A stretch of DNA of 64,000 nt, taken from Chrysomallon squamiferum (Eukaryota; Animalia; Mollusca). The position numbers were made by a program, and so were the translations under genes. The notes beneath the pieces were generated by a model that saw only the letters and a program-made list of their open reading frames with translations, was not told the origin of the DNA and did no database searches. Below are positions 52,001 to 64,000 of this stretch, in pieces. How positions within the stretch are numbered: position 1 is the stretch's first letter; each line of letters starts with the position of its first letter. The stretch lies in assembly GCA_012295275.1 (NCBI GenBank), contig CM022671.1, positions 15,004,001 through 15,068,000 on the forward strand. The letters run 5' to 3'.

Positions 52001-54200
52001 CACAATGGTTGTTCAGCTAAAATATCAGCATTTATGCATGTGCAGATTAAAGGACATCATTATGGTTTGTTGTTAATTTATACTTTTTTTAGATAAGTTT
52101 ATTTGTATTTACTAACAGACTGATCTGTCTGGTACATTATATTTGTATGAGTGTATAACAGTGTGTCTGTGTGTCTGTATGTTTGTGCTTCTTATGTGTG
52201 GATTTTTTTAATGTATATGTGTGTGTCTGTACAGTTTTTTTTATGTGTGTTTTGGTGTGAGTGTATGTGAGAATGTGTTTTCACAGGGGAAAAAAATCTT
52301 CCATTTTCCTTGAAATAGAAAAAAAGATGAAGTTTTTAAAAACAAAACCAATGATGAAATATTAAAGAAAATTGTGCATTGTGAGCAATAAAGAAAATAA
52401 ATACTTTTGTAAATTTCAGCATATCATTAACTAAACACACTGGTTAATAAACAACTTTTAATATTTACAGTACATTTTTTCACATATGATAAATCATAAA
52501 GTATATTATTCATTACTCAACACAAACAATTAAAAAAAAAAAAAAAATTTAAAAAAACATATTTTATTTATTTGTTATTGAAAGAGGAAATGTATTTTTC
52601 TCCTCAGGTTTTTAATTGTTTTAATTTTTTTTTTTTTTGTTTTTATAATTCTTGCTTAGCCTGTGGAAAAGCTCAGATAATTGAGAACACTGTAAATCTG
52701 AGGATTTCAAGTGGTCGTGAATCTCCTCTTGGTGCTGCCCCATGGCATGTCATCATCAGAGAGAAAGAGCTGGTAGGAACTTTTTATTTAAAATTTTAAA
52801 TCAGGGCTTCTGAATTCTTCAGCTATGAATGAATGAAATAATGAATGATACTAGAGGGATTTTAATTTGTCAGATATATATATTATTTTTCTATACTTAA
52901 TGTGTTTGTATGTTCTAAGACAGTTGTTTAATAACTTTATTTTATACAAATTTAAAAACAAATTGTAATAAATTCTCCATGTTGATATTTTTGGCAAATG
53001 TGGATTAAATATAGTAAACACTTAATAAATGGGTTAATCTGTATTCTCTGCACACAAAACAAAATGATTTAACTATAAATGTGAAAGTGAAAGGGGAGTA
53101 AGATTAAAGTCATTTAGAGCATAAGGAAACTTGGTGCTGGGAGAATGAAATTAGATGTTAAAGATTGAGGATGAAAAATATTAAAATAGTTTAAAAAGCG
53201 TTGCTTTAAATAGTAACTTTTTTGTAGTAAGAATTAGTATCTTTCTTGAAATGTTTTGTTAAATTAGGTATTCAGTCCAAAAATATAGGGCTTTAAACAT
53301 ATATGCTTGTTCAAAATTAAGTTATATGCTGTCTAAATAAGTAAATTAAGAAAATATTTATATGAATAAATAATTTACTCTTAAGCAGAATAAATATAGT
53401 AACTAGCATTAATTTCACTGTTAAAAATGTTATTTTAAAAAGGCTTGTATCTGCATAGTAATTGAAATTATTTACTGCAGCAACAGAAACGTTGTTACTG
53501 AAATGTACTGTAAACTGTTTTGTCAGGGGTCACTTACTGTGGAGGATCGCTCATCACTGACAGGTGGGTGATGACAGCTGCACACTGTGTGTATCGGTTT
53601 AAAGATATATTTAAAATGGATTTTCAAAAGGAATATGTTGACCTGTATGTCGGTACGAGACACTGCCGAGGGGATGGTGGAATTCGAAGAAGTGTGAGGA
53701 GTTACAAACTGCATCCAGGCTTCAACAGCTCCTACCACAACAACGACCTGGCCTTGTTCGAGTTGGATGAGCCGTTGGTTTTCAATGATGTCATAATGCC
53801 TATTTGTTTAGAGAAACTTCAGTTTGTTGAGGAACTTCTCAAAAGTGGCCGCCTGGGGATGGTCACTGGGTGTGGCCAGCTGCACGAAGGTGGCAGATCA
53901 CCTCTCTATCTGAACGAAGTGAGAATCCCGTATGTCAACAGAAAGGAATGCAGACGTCGAGTCGATGCCATTCCTGATGCACAGTTCACAGATAATATGA
54001 TCTGTGCTGGATACCAAAGACACATGCGAGGAGATGCTTGTGCTGGGGACAGTGGAGGAGCGTTTGTTATGGAATACAATGGTCGCTGGATTCAAGTTGG
54101 AATAGTGTCCTGGGGTGTGGGATGTGACCGACAGAATCAGTATGGTTACTACACTCATGTCAGTAAGTTCTATGACTGGATTGAAAACACTGTTTTCTAA
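41111..54200 (+). CDS. Mosaic serine protease CUB-CUB-CUB-EGF-EGF-Ig-Ig-trypsin (MASP-related)
   Basis: Exons 42610-42784 and 43401-43573 (CUB1); 45603-45712, 46079-46181, 46628-46822 (CUB2); 47208-47420, 48011-48184 (CUB3); 48618-48687, 49149-49323 (2 EGF); 50077-50192, 50585-50772, 51151-51284, 51923-52064 (2 Ig); 52660-52772 (CG linker, activation site R|ISSG); 53527-54200 (TAAHC, NDLAL, GDACAGDSGG). The signal-peptide exon near 41111-41202 is tentative because it needs a frameshift. Confidence 0.88.
42250..42335. repeat. (CT)n microsatellite
   Basis: Perfect CT run. Similar simple repeats lie at 61-101 (AC), 1966-2050 (TACA/CA), 5128-5193 (AAT), 8033-8131 (GAA/CAA), 11683-11842 (TAT), 42962-43029 (CT), 43912-43965, 46366-46540 and 56317-56370 (AAT), 48879-49090 (GT/GA), and 63345-63420 (TAT/TGT). 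Confidence 0.97.
44693..44978. mobile_element. MITE / non-autonomous DNA transposon (286 bp) in a protease intron
   Basis: Perfect 14-bp terminal inverted repeats CATGGCCGTAACTA (44693-44706) / TAGTTACGGCCATG (44965-44978), plus subterminal inverted TGAGGCAAA / TTTGCCTCA. No coding capacity and no clear 8-bp target-site duplication. Confidence 0.8.
46955..47103 (+). repeat. Short direct duplication (~50 bp) in an intron
   Basis: actaatgctacaatagctatgaaattgtt...ttttaattactaca occurs at ~46962 and ~47057. Confidence 0.85.
47883..48045 (+). repeat. 76-bp tandem duplication spanning a 3' splice site of the protease gene
   Basis: TGTCCAGTGAT occurs at 47883, 47959 and 48035. The intervening units are nearly identical, and each contains ...tttatttag followed by the start of the exon. 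Confidence 0.9.
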
Positions 54201-55590
54201 TAGAATCGGAATATCGGAGCATCAAATCACCGAATTACACTTAAAGATATTAAAATCTACCCAGAATATTATTTTGGTATATTTGATTTATCAGTGTTTA
54301 CAAATAAAGTTATTTTATAAATCATAAGATTGTTGCTGAGATAGACTTATTGGCTCTACTAATACCATCAAGTAATAAAAAGACAATTTTTGTTCAGTTA
54401 TATTTGACTGATTTTTGTAAACCAGAGCAAAACTGTCATTTCAAATATTAACAAATATAATGAGGGTTTGCATACAACATGGCTCACACCCAGTATAGAC
54501 ACACACACATAATATGTACGTTTGTGTGTGTATTTATGTTTGAAATATTACCATTTCAGCAGCAATAGAACTTTCAAGCTCTGGAACTGAATATTGCCTC
54601 TTTCTAACATTTAAATAAAAATAAAATGAACTTGGCACATTCAGTCTCTGTTGACATCCACAATAAATTATAACTGACTTTCTAAATTTTTTGTTTCTGT
54701 ACAAACTGTAATAACCACATGCAAGTGAAATGCCCATACAATGGCTCTATAATGTCTATGTACGAGTAATGAAGCTATAACAAATTAAAGACTAGAAATT
54801 AGGAAAAAAATTGTTTTCATATAATAACTCTATAAATTTCTGAATAATGCACTCTCAATAAACAAACAAATTACTAACACAAGGTAAAGAAAAATAAATA
54901 AAATACTTTATTAACTGTAGCATACAAATGTATTTAGTAAATCCATAAATCTTTTAATCATTTCAGTTATAATTGGGTGTACTTTGTACTCCTCTGGAAA
55001 ACATTTAAAATATATTAATAATGACACCGACTCACTGAGTGTTGTTATAAACTGAAATGGCACAAATAAATGACATTTTGGTATCTGTTGCTGAAAAAAG
55101 GCACTAGCCTTATGATTTTAAAAATGCTTTACAGGCAGGGATTATAAACATAGATGATTCAGGAGAGTGGACTGTCTGTAGGACAGTTCTGGAAGCCACT
55201 GTTTTGTTGGTCTGAAGTCCCCGTCTTTTCACTTTGCTGCTAACTTCAAGGCTTGGATAACACAGCCTTTTTCAAAAACTAGCCTACTTTTAACTGTTCA
55301 TTTACAAAAATTGAAATACTGCTAACGGTGGATAGATAAGACAAATAAATATGAAAACCTGAAGAAAAACAAAAGCACATTCAACTTGAGCATACTTATC
55401 AGTATTAAAAAAAATTTAATTAACAAACATTAAATCACTATAATTTAAAACAGCAATCAACATTTTTGACAGATGTGACATATAAAAATAAAAAATTTGT
55501 TTTAAAAATTCGAAGACAAGTTCATGTTACAATTAAAAGGATTTCTTTTTATGTAATCTCTTCAACTAAGACAACACTAACCTTTAGTAT

Positions 55591-55737
55591 TATATGACAA
55601 CTCACATGCAAACTTAAGTGTTGTATGACAAATTATATTTAAACAAGTACTATATGACAAATCATATTCAAACTTAAGTGATATATGACAAATCATATTC
55701 AAACTTAAGTGATATATGACAAGTTATATTCAAACTT
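55591..55737. repeat. Minisatellite, about 5 copies of a ~30-31-bp unit
   Basis: Repeated tatatgacaaatcatattcaaacttaagtga with variants. Confidence 0.9.
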
Positions 55738-56321
55738 TAATCTCACTTTCATAGTTAAATGATTACATGACCATTTGCAAGCAACAAATTGTAATTTCTC
55801 AAGACATGCAGAAAGGACAAATGTTAAAAAATTGTAGTTAAATAATTTTAATTTAGTTAATCAAACTATGCTAGAAAATTATATGAACACCTTTACCAAT
55901 AACAAAACAAATTAAGACTTTAACCGATGCTGCATCTCTGTCCCAGTTAAATGTAGCTTTCAGTGTTCTCTATCTAGGCTATTTTCAAGTATCATCTTTT
56001 ATCAAGTCATTTTCTATCTTTGTTTTTCACTTCCATCAGATAGTACATGCAGCATATGTTGTAGTCTATGCAATGTATTTGCACAAAAGGAAAATAACTT
56101 TCTACATAGCAACAGAACTCTTTAAAAAAAAGAAAAAAAAAGGAACTGGACATTTATTACTATTGTATTGGGTTACATGCCATTATTTATTGATTGTTAC
56201 TCAAAATCTATCATAGATTATAGCAGAAATCACAATATAACTAATAAAATGACAAATAATAAAACAAATTTTAGCTGTAACGAAAAATATATATATGTAT
56301 ATACATGTATATAAAATAATA

Positions 56322-56371
<50 letters not shown>

Positions 56372-57735
56372 TAAACAGAAATAGTATCTATCAAAATAAA
56401 TTAGGTCATGTCCAATAGTATATATATTTAATTTCTTAAGCACCTTTAATGACTGCCACAGTGACAATAATTTTGAGTTCACCTGTACCAAACATGACTA
56501 TGGTCATCACATAGCAGTCTTATACAGTTTGAGAATTTTTTTTTTTTTAACACAATTTATTAAATGCTACTTATTTTTATTCATCAGAGTGAATTTTCCT
56601 TTATCTGATTTGAGTTGGTAAGAATAATAACATTTTTAAATTATTAAAAAACTTTCAAATTTGCCATTTTTTCTACCATTTCCCTTGCATTGCCAACTGA
56701 TAAAATGTGAATGACTTATGGTACCCAGGTCAGTTAGCTTTTATAAAAAAAACTAAAAAAACATTTCAGTGAAAAGAAATTAAAGTACAAAAATATTAGT
56801 AAAAATGGTTAATTTAAAATATATCTAAACAAATTTCCATATTATAAACATATACAAAACACAATGTTATGGCAGTTTACAAAAATGCATTTGTCCAAAT
56901 TATTACTAATAATTATTTAAATAATTAATTTCTCTATATGCAATGTAACTATGTCATGCCATTCATTAATGAGTTAATGTGTAATATTAAGATTAGGACA
57001 GAAATGAAGCCAACATTTAAGATGTTTGGCACAAAATCACTAATCTAAGGAAGATTCATGACACTATAGTTGAGAATAGTTTAGTACTATCAGCATGTTA
57101 CCAAAAAAATTGCCTCATCCAAACAAGACAGGAAATCCACTTATTTGTGGAAACCTGCATTAAGGCTGAAGATTCTTTACTACTTGGAGTGGAGGGATTG
57201 GAACAAAAAATGTTTTTACAACTGACAAGAATCTCAATTGCTGACAGAGGCTGTTATTTTCAAACTGAAGATTTTCTCTAGCAGCCAATTTTATTTATCA
57301 GTTGGATGTCATCCATGCTAAAAAAACATGAACAAATACATTTTTCTGTATGTTTTGTTTGTATTATAAATGAATCTCAAGATTCGATTATATAAAATAA
57401 ATATATTATTAAAAATAGTGTTATTATTTCACTAGACTGTTTTTAACTTTTGGCAATACACACACGCATGCACACATACATACACTTAATTCAGCTTGCT
57501 TACAAATAAAATCACACCAGCTGTCATGGTCAAATTAAACAGGTCACAGAGATGTTAATTGTCTGTTAGTTATTCACAATCTCTGGTAACGTGTTAGAAG
57601 TGAGTAAATGGTAATAAGACTAATTTTCATTTTCATTCTCCTAACAAAAATAAGAATGAAAAAAAAAAAACGTTTCTCACATGAGTCTGACAACTCAACT
57701 GAGGTCTGCTGCTTCTAAAACGGTTATTTTATAAA

Positions 57736-58172
57736 CAGTCAAACCTCTTTATAACAGGTGTTGGTGCTCTACTCATCTTGGCATTGTAACATGTTGAGTG
57801 GTATAACAAGTTTTCTGAGATTTTGAATCATTACATTCACCAAAATATCCTATTGCTTGACTAGTTATTTTAGAGAATAATAAAAGGTTTGCTGATTTAT
57901 AAACTGATGACTGGGGTTTTAAACAACATTTTTATTTAAAATGTTATTCAAGTACTTACAGTTTTTGATGGGGATGTCTTAATGTTTTCAAATCATTAAA
58001 TTGTTATAAGGAATAAAATCTTTATTTTGAATTACCCAAAAGTTCTGGAAAGGCCCTTCACTGTGAAAAAATCAGGCAAGTATCTTATTCAAATTTAAAT
58101 CAGACAACTGGTGCTGGTGGATAAATTAGTATGGCAGTATGTATGGGAGGAAGTTATAAAGAGGTTTATATG
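57736..58172. mobile_element. Degenerate Tc1/pogo-type MITE just downstream of the FAM107 stop codon
   Basis: Inverted repeat CAGTCAAACCTCTTTATAAC (57736-57755) versus GTTATAAAGAGGTTTatatg (58153-58172). An internal segment (ttttgat.gggatgtcttaat...ggcccttc.ctgt, ~57963-58065) recurs at ~59230-59325, indicating a dispersed repeat. Confidence 0.55.
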
Positions 58173-58256
58173 TTTAAAAAAGGTTTTTAAAAGGTAGTTA
58201 TTAAAGGACTGATACAAATAATATGTTTTTCCTTCAACCATGGTTGATTTGAGCCA

Positions 58257-59645
58257 TTAATTTACATTCTCTGATTTTGACTTCACTGTAATTCTTCTGT
58301 GTATTTTGATAAATTCAGGAGCTGCCTGTGACTCAGTATCTTCTTCTATTGACTTCATGGATTCAGCCTAAGAAAGAAATGAGTTTTAAAATCAGCATTA
58401 AACGGTAATAATAAAATAATTTCTAATTTACTTTTTGCAAAAATAACATTTTTCTGGTGGTGCTTTTTAATTTAAACCATTCCATCATCATTTTTATGGT
58501 ACACTAGTTGGTCTAGCACTGTAAGTTGAAAAAGACTAAATTAAAATTACTGCAATAAAAAATGCTGATAAATGTAAGGTAAATAAAGGATGTTAAAATT
58601 TACCTGTTCCACTTTAGCTGCTCTTTCTTCCAACTTCATTTCTAAACTGGTCCGTTTGTTGGTTGTCTTCTGCTGGTCCCACTCACGAATTCGCTGACTC
58701 TCTTTTCTTTTCTCAAGAACCTTGTTTAGTTCAGTTTTTTGTAAAATATTTTTTCCTCTGGAATACAGATAAAAGAAAAATGACATCACATACTGAATCA
58801 CATCTATAAATTTAATTAAATTCATTTAGAAAATCTTTTTTCTAATTCTCATACAAATATTTATCTATTGCTTACTAAATATGCTGTTTTTAAATTTAAT
58901 AATTATATTAAACCTGCACTGTAATTATTTATTTATATATTTTATGTCACATAAACAACATTTTAAGCAGCATGTCTGTTAGTAACAATTTAGATGACAA
59001 ATGTTATAAAGGACTGTTTGGAAGACTGATTATTAGTGGCACTCTGTTATTTGAAATGAAACTCGAAACAAGGAAAAAGATTGTTCCTTATGTTGTATTT
59101 ATTACTTGTCAATTACAAATGAGTCACATTAATACAAATGTTCTAAATTTTTACCATTTTAAGAAAAGCAAAATTTTGTATAAAATGTTATGGGTGTTAA
59201 GTAACATTAACTGAAAAACATACATAAAACTTTTGATCGGGATGTCTTAATATTTTGAAATAATAAAACTGTTACAAAAACTGTTTGAATTACATGATAA
59301 TTTGAGTAGTGGCCCTTCGCTGTAGTCCATTAGTAAATATGCTTATAAAATACTCAGTCTAAGAGAAATAAGCAGCAATTTAAGTAATATATGTATATCA
59401 CTCTGAAAGAATTCTATAAACTGACTAACACTTTGCACTTACAATTTATAATTGTAGAGAAGTTCTTTGTGTAAAGCTTGTCGTTCCTTTGATTCCAAGC
59501 ATGGATTTGAAAGTTTTCGAGGTTTAATTAACATTTCCTCATCAACACTGGTACTGACTGGATCTGGGGGGCTGCCTGTGTTATCGTGTAGGATGTAAGG
59601 TAAGGGTGCAGGGTATTCATCAATTGGATTGCAATCATCATCATC

Positions 59646-59677
<32 letters not shown>

Positions 59678-62600
59678 TCACGTAGTCAGGTTCAGGGATT
59701 TCTGGATACATGTCATCTGAAATAAAATACATTTTCTCTGTTAAATGGATTAAAGTTTAAAAGAGGTGCATACAAGTTAATATTAAGTATTAAAATATTC
59801 ATAAATTGATGAGAAAAGTATAATATGCATGTCTGATTGTGCGTGTTTGTATGTGTATGCATGTGTTTGTTTGCTCAAATGAGTTTGTGTTACCAGAAAC
59901 ATCAGTATTCATTTAACTGAAGTTTAGATAAGTGCTTGACCTGTTCTGTAGATGAAAATTGTTAGCCAGCTAAGAAATAAAGTGTGAAATAAACCATAAT
60001 TCTTTGTTTTATGATTAAAGTGAGTCTTACGAAAACAAACACACCTGGATTCATAGTTTGCTGGTCAGCAAAATGCTTCATAGTTTTCTCTTGATCTTCC
60101 TGCATGTACAAACACAAATATCAACTTACTAATAACAACATATATATAACTTATAAAGCCAAAGTATTATTAAGATGATTAAAAAAAGTACACACACACT
60201 CACACACACACACATACACATACATTATATTTGTGTTATATTTATATAATGAATGTATGTATGTATGTATGTTAGAAATAACTTGACCAACAAGGCAGAT
60301 AAGTACATGAATTATTCTATCTGATGAAAATAAGGACTGTTTGTGCTATACCTGCATTAACTAATAAAGTGATAAAACAGAATAGCAGGAATTGTGGGAA
60401 TGATTTGTATTTATCTAATTTTTATATTAAATTTTTATATAGAAACTATATAAATAAATAAACAGATAAAGAAATAGATAAATAAAATTTAAAAATATAT
60501 ATGTTAAACTAATTTACTGATGATTTTATTTTTGCTTTTGAATCATCCATTTTCACTAGTTACAGCTCTAAAACTTTTCTGGTTATTATGTCTGTTGGAC
60601 CAAGAAAAGATAATGAGAGAGAAGCCCAGATTTCATAAACAATGTAATGAAATAGCCAAACTATCTTCTTACATTTTAGTAATGTAAACTGTAAAGGACA
60701 TAATAATTATTAAAAAAGTCTTACATTAAAAAGGTCATAAATTCCTATCCACTCTAAATTACACAAATGTGATAAATTATTTGGTTTGCAAAACTGAGAC
60801 ATTTGTATACAATAGTTCCAGTTTTTCAGCAGTGTTGAAAATTATAAAACATGAATATGAATAGTCAGTTCTATGTTTAACAAACTGCAAATGCCCAAAT
60901 AATATATTTCTAACTTCTGATCAGTCTGTCAGTCAAATATATGTAAGTTGCCAAAATGAATCAAAATTATTTTTATTTTAATTTAAAATTAAACAAAAAA
61001 CTGAGAGGAAAGTATAGAAGGAAAAGAATGAAAATGAACATATTTATTTAATCAGTCGTTAAAACTGAACAAAGTAAAGTAATAACTGGCACTGCATTTT
61101 TTTTTAGTTTTGTTTGGCAGAAACCAAAATTCTGAAATAAAAACTGTTAACTAAGTTAAAAATGAATGCACAAACTCACTGTGACCAGCTTGCCCATCTT
61201 CCTCTCTTCATACTGAAAACAAAGTGACTAGAATATAGTGTTGTATTTTATTTAAAGTATAGGATAAAAAACACATTCAAATTTTTATAGAAATTAAATT
61301 ATTTCAGAAATGATTGTATCTATTTTTTCAAATATATGTAGCAGAAGAATGTTCAGGTATCTTAAAATTATTATTATTATTAATAATTTTCTTCTTTTTT
61401 GCTTCTGTTTATTTTATTATTTTTTGTTTTTTTGTTTTCTCTTTTAGCTTGCCTTGAAACCGTATCATCACACTAACTAGTTTTTTTGTTCAGGCAATTC
61501 AGAAAACCAATCTTTATAAATTACTGTTTATAATGATACAATATTTTAAATAACTATCAGATACAGTAATGTGAAACCTGTTTCCTTATAAACAGTTGAA
61601 AAAACATGCTCTTAAACTAGAACTGGTTGTTCACGTTTTATAAGTTTAAATTATTATTAGATAATGAAACTTTAGAGCTATATCTACTACACACATCTTA
61701 ACATCAGTTTTGATATAATACTGAAGTTGGCTAAAGGTCATTTCCATATCAAATCAGAACAAATATTTGAAACTTTATCATCACCCACTCTGAACTGATT
61801 CTTTTGGGTGGGAAATTTGGTATGCTAAATGTTTTTCACAGCAGATAAACTGCTTCAGAAGTCTCTAACTTTTATATAGAATTACAAAATATTTTGTTGG
61901 AATTATAAAAAGTAACTTGTAATAATAAACAATAATTAATTAATGATCACAATGTTAATGTTTTGAATCATACTGAAAATTTATCTGTGCTACCCATTAT
62001 AATTGCCTTAGAAAAATAATCACCAAAGTTTCAATAATCTGACCATTAAAAAAAACACATGTCATTAGATAATACTAATTTTTAAATCACCATGTCACTG
62101 TTAGGTAATATGAAATAATTTCAATGAAATTATGATTCATACTGTTTCATTTATTAGATTTTTATTTCAATCTAATCCATAAAATAAACATTAAAAGAAA
62201 AATATTATTTTTCCAGAATCAATTTAATAAGCTATTTGACTGGAAATAATAGTTTAACAGTGACCATGTTTACTTGGCAGATTAATCAGGTAGTGGTTGG
62301 TACACTGATAAGATTCAGATAACATACACATATTGTAACACATAATTTAACATACTAGCCACTTTTATTATATCATAACTAGAAGCCATGTAAAAAGCAA
62401 TCAGCAAGTCCTCCCACGGTTTATCACCAGTGAAGGGCTATCTTTTGACATGTTTTTATTAACTGCACCTTTATAGATTACAGGTGCACTTTATAAAGAT
62501 TAAATGAATATAAGTTCTCATATTATTTTGTATGAACTATTTATAGCCTGTTTTCTTTAGAAGTAAATCATCTTTTTTTCTTTTTTTCAAGCAGGGAGCA

Positions 62601-63343
62601 CAGCTTGACCAAAAATTAAGCTGACATGACATTTGTAACAAATGGGTGGCACATCACAATCATGCCCTGCAGACAACTTCTTCATCCAGCTATATTTAGT
62701 TAGATTGGTCATCTATGCATTCTTTTAATAAAACATATTAAATTAAAGAGTAAACTGACATGTAGTTGTAGGCAATAAAAGTGTATAGCTGTGAAAAGGA
62801 TATACCATTAGTTTTGTAAACAAAAAAGTGTAGTAAATGACATAACAGGAAGTATTTCATTCAGTTTAACTGTTATTTTTTTAAATATTTTTTTCAGTGA
62901 AATTTTTAGCACTAAATATCTACACCCATTGGCATAATGAAAGAAAGTAATGGAAAATAAAATAATGACATATTAATAAATATATTAAACTCAGTTTGAT
63001 GAGATGATTACAAGGTTATATATAAACATATTTCTATAAAGAAAAACGTTAACAAAACAGGCTGAATGTGAAAACACATACTATATATATATATATATAT
63101 ATATATCTGTGATTTATAATCTGAAATGATGTTGATTATATCATTATTGATATGAACGTTTATTTACAACAGTAAGTTGAAAGCATACAACTACAAGCTT
63201 TTTAACTGAAGACAAATGATGCATTTTTAACAAAAGCCACTTCTGACATAAATATAATACTTATTGTTACTCATTTACTGTTAGTGTTACTGACAGGGCT
63301 TTAACCGTGTTTTTGAAAGGTTAGCAGTATATATATTTTTAAT

Positions 63344-63412
<69 letters not shown>

Positions 63413-63678
63413 CTGTTGTTGTATATATAAATAACTATTTTATCGCTATAAAAATATGCACAGCAACAGTAAAATTATCCATCTAATACAATTACCTGTA
63501 AATATTTGCGAGGAACATATCCAATACTGTTGTCTTTCAGCGAACGAGCACCCCACCAGTCCGTCTGCTCGTCACATTCAAACACTTCAAATCTATCACC
63601 TTTTGCAAATTGCAAAATGTTTTGAGAACAACCTGTTTCGGGAGGAATAAAGTCTGAAATAGCTTTGTAGATATCCAT
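58257..63678 (-). CDS. FAM107: FAM107 (DUF1151) family protein with an N-terminal SH3 domain, ~269 aa
   Basis: Exons 63678-63496 (SH3: YKAISDF...LQFAKGDRFEV...DWWGAR...IGYVPRKYL), 61212-61180, 60099-60045, 59716-59443, 58757-58604 and 58367-58257; 810 nt in total, all GT-AG with matching phases. FAM107 motifs EPDY, LIKPRKLSNP..ESKERQALHKELL.NYKLG, TELNKVLEKR, APEFIKI. Confidence 0.85.
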
Positions 63679-64000
63679 TGCTTTGCTTTACTTCTTATTA
63701 CATCTGAAGTTGTAAATCTGCTCCCACTTCGACAAGTTCTGTTCTTATGTACACAGAAGAAAACACACGGAAGTAACTTAGTAAATCAAGAGTTCATAGA
63801 CAATTGTCAAAGCCGAATTACTTCCCTTTGTAATTTTCTTCCTCAATTGAAAGGAAATGCTATATACCAGAAATAAACATCTATACTGGCTAAAGTTTCA
63901 CAAATTTTAAAGAAGAAAATAACTGTTATAAGTGGTTTCGGTGTAATACGTTCGTTCCCTGGTTTTACGTTACAACAAAAAACATGAAGAAAAACTGGCA

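Noticed and set aside
700-53530. Programmed ribosomal frameshifting or RNA editing as a common explanation for the four frame breaks
   Set aside because: There is no shared slippery or stop context, the directions differ (three +1, one -1), all lie at short homopolymers, and A-to-I editing cannot fix indels. Assembly error is more parsimonious.
55591-55737. Regularly spaced ~30-bp repeats resembling a CRISPR array
   Set aside because: The units are head-to-tail with no unique spacers and the context is eukaryotic; it is a minisatellite.
59680-63678. SH3 exon splicing directly to the FAM107 exon as an out-of-frame uORF or bicistronic unit
   Set aside because: Two intervening small exons with canonical sites restore a single continuous frame.

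Overview
AT-rich, microsatellite-rich animal genomic DNA with short GT-AG introns. A lophotrochozoan, probably a mollusc, is inferred from gene content and is not proven. Seven intron-containing genes were assembled by hand from splice sites and phases: (1) a secreted Cys-rich plus Asn/Gly/Gln/Pro low-complexity protein (-, running off the left edge); (2) an UNC93-like MFS membrane protein (+); (3) GPATCH3 (-); (4) DGCR8/Pasha (-, 16 coding exons); (5) HGH1 (+, head-to-head with DGCR8); (6) a CUB3-EGF2-Ig2-trypsin mosaic serine protease with MASP/thrombin-type signatures (+); (7) a FAM107 protein with an N-terminal SH3 domain joined through two small exons (-). The most notable observation is a pri-miRNA-shaped hairpin, with a correctly spaced CNNC motif, in a putative non-coding 5' exon of DGCR8, suggesting Microprocessor autoregulation. 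Also notable are the SH3 + PxxDY + FAM107 architecture, the MASP-like protease with Ig domains in place of CCP modules, and four single-base frame breaks that are probably assembly indels. The window also has MITEs, a decayed MULE/FLYWCH fragment and tandem repeats.
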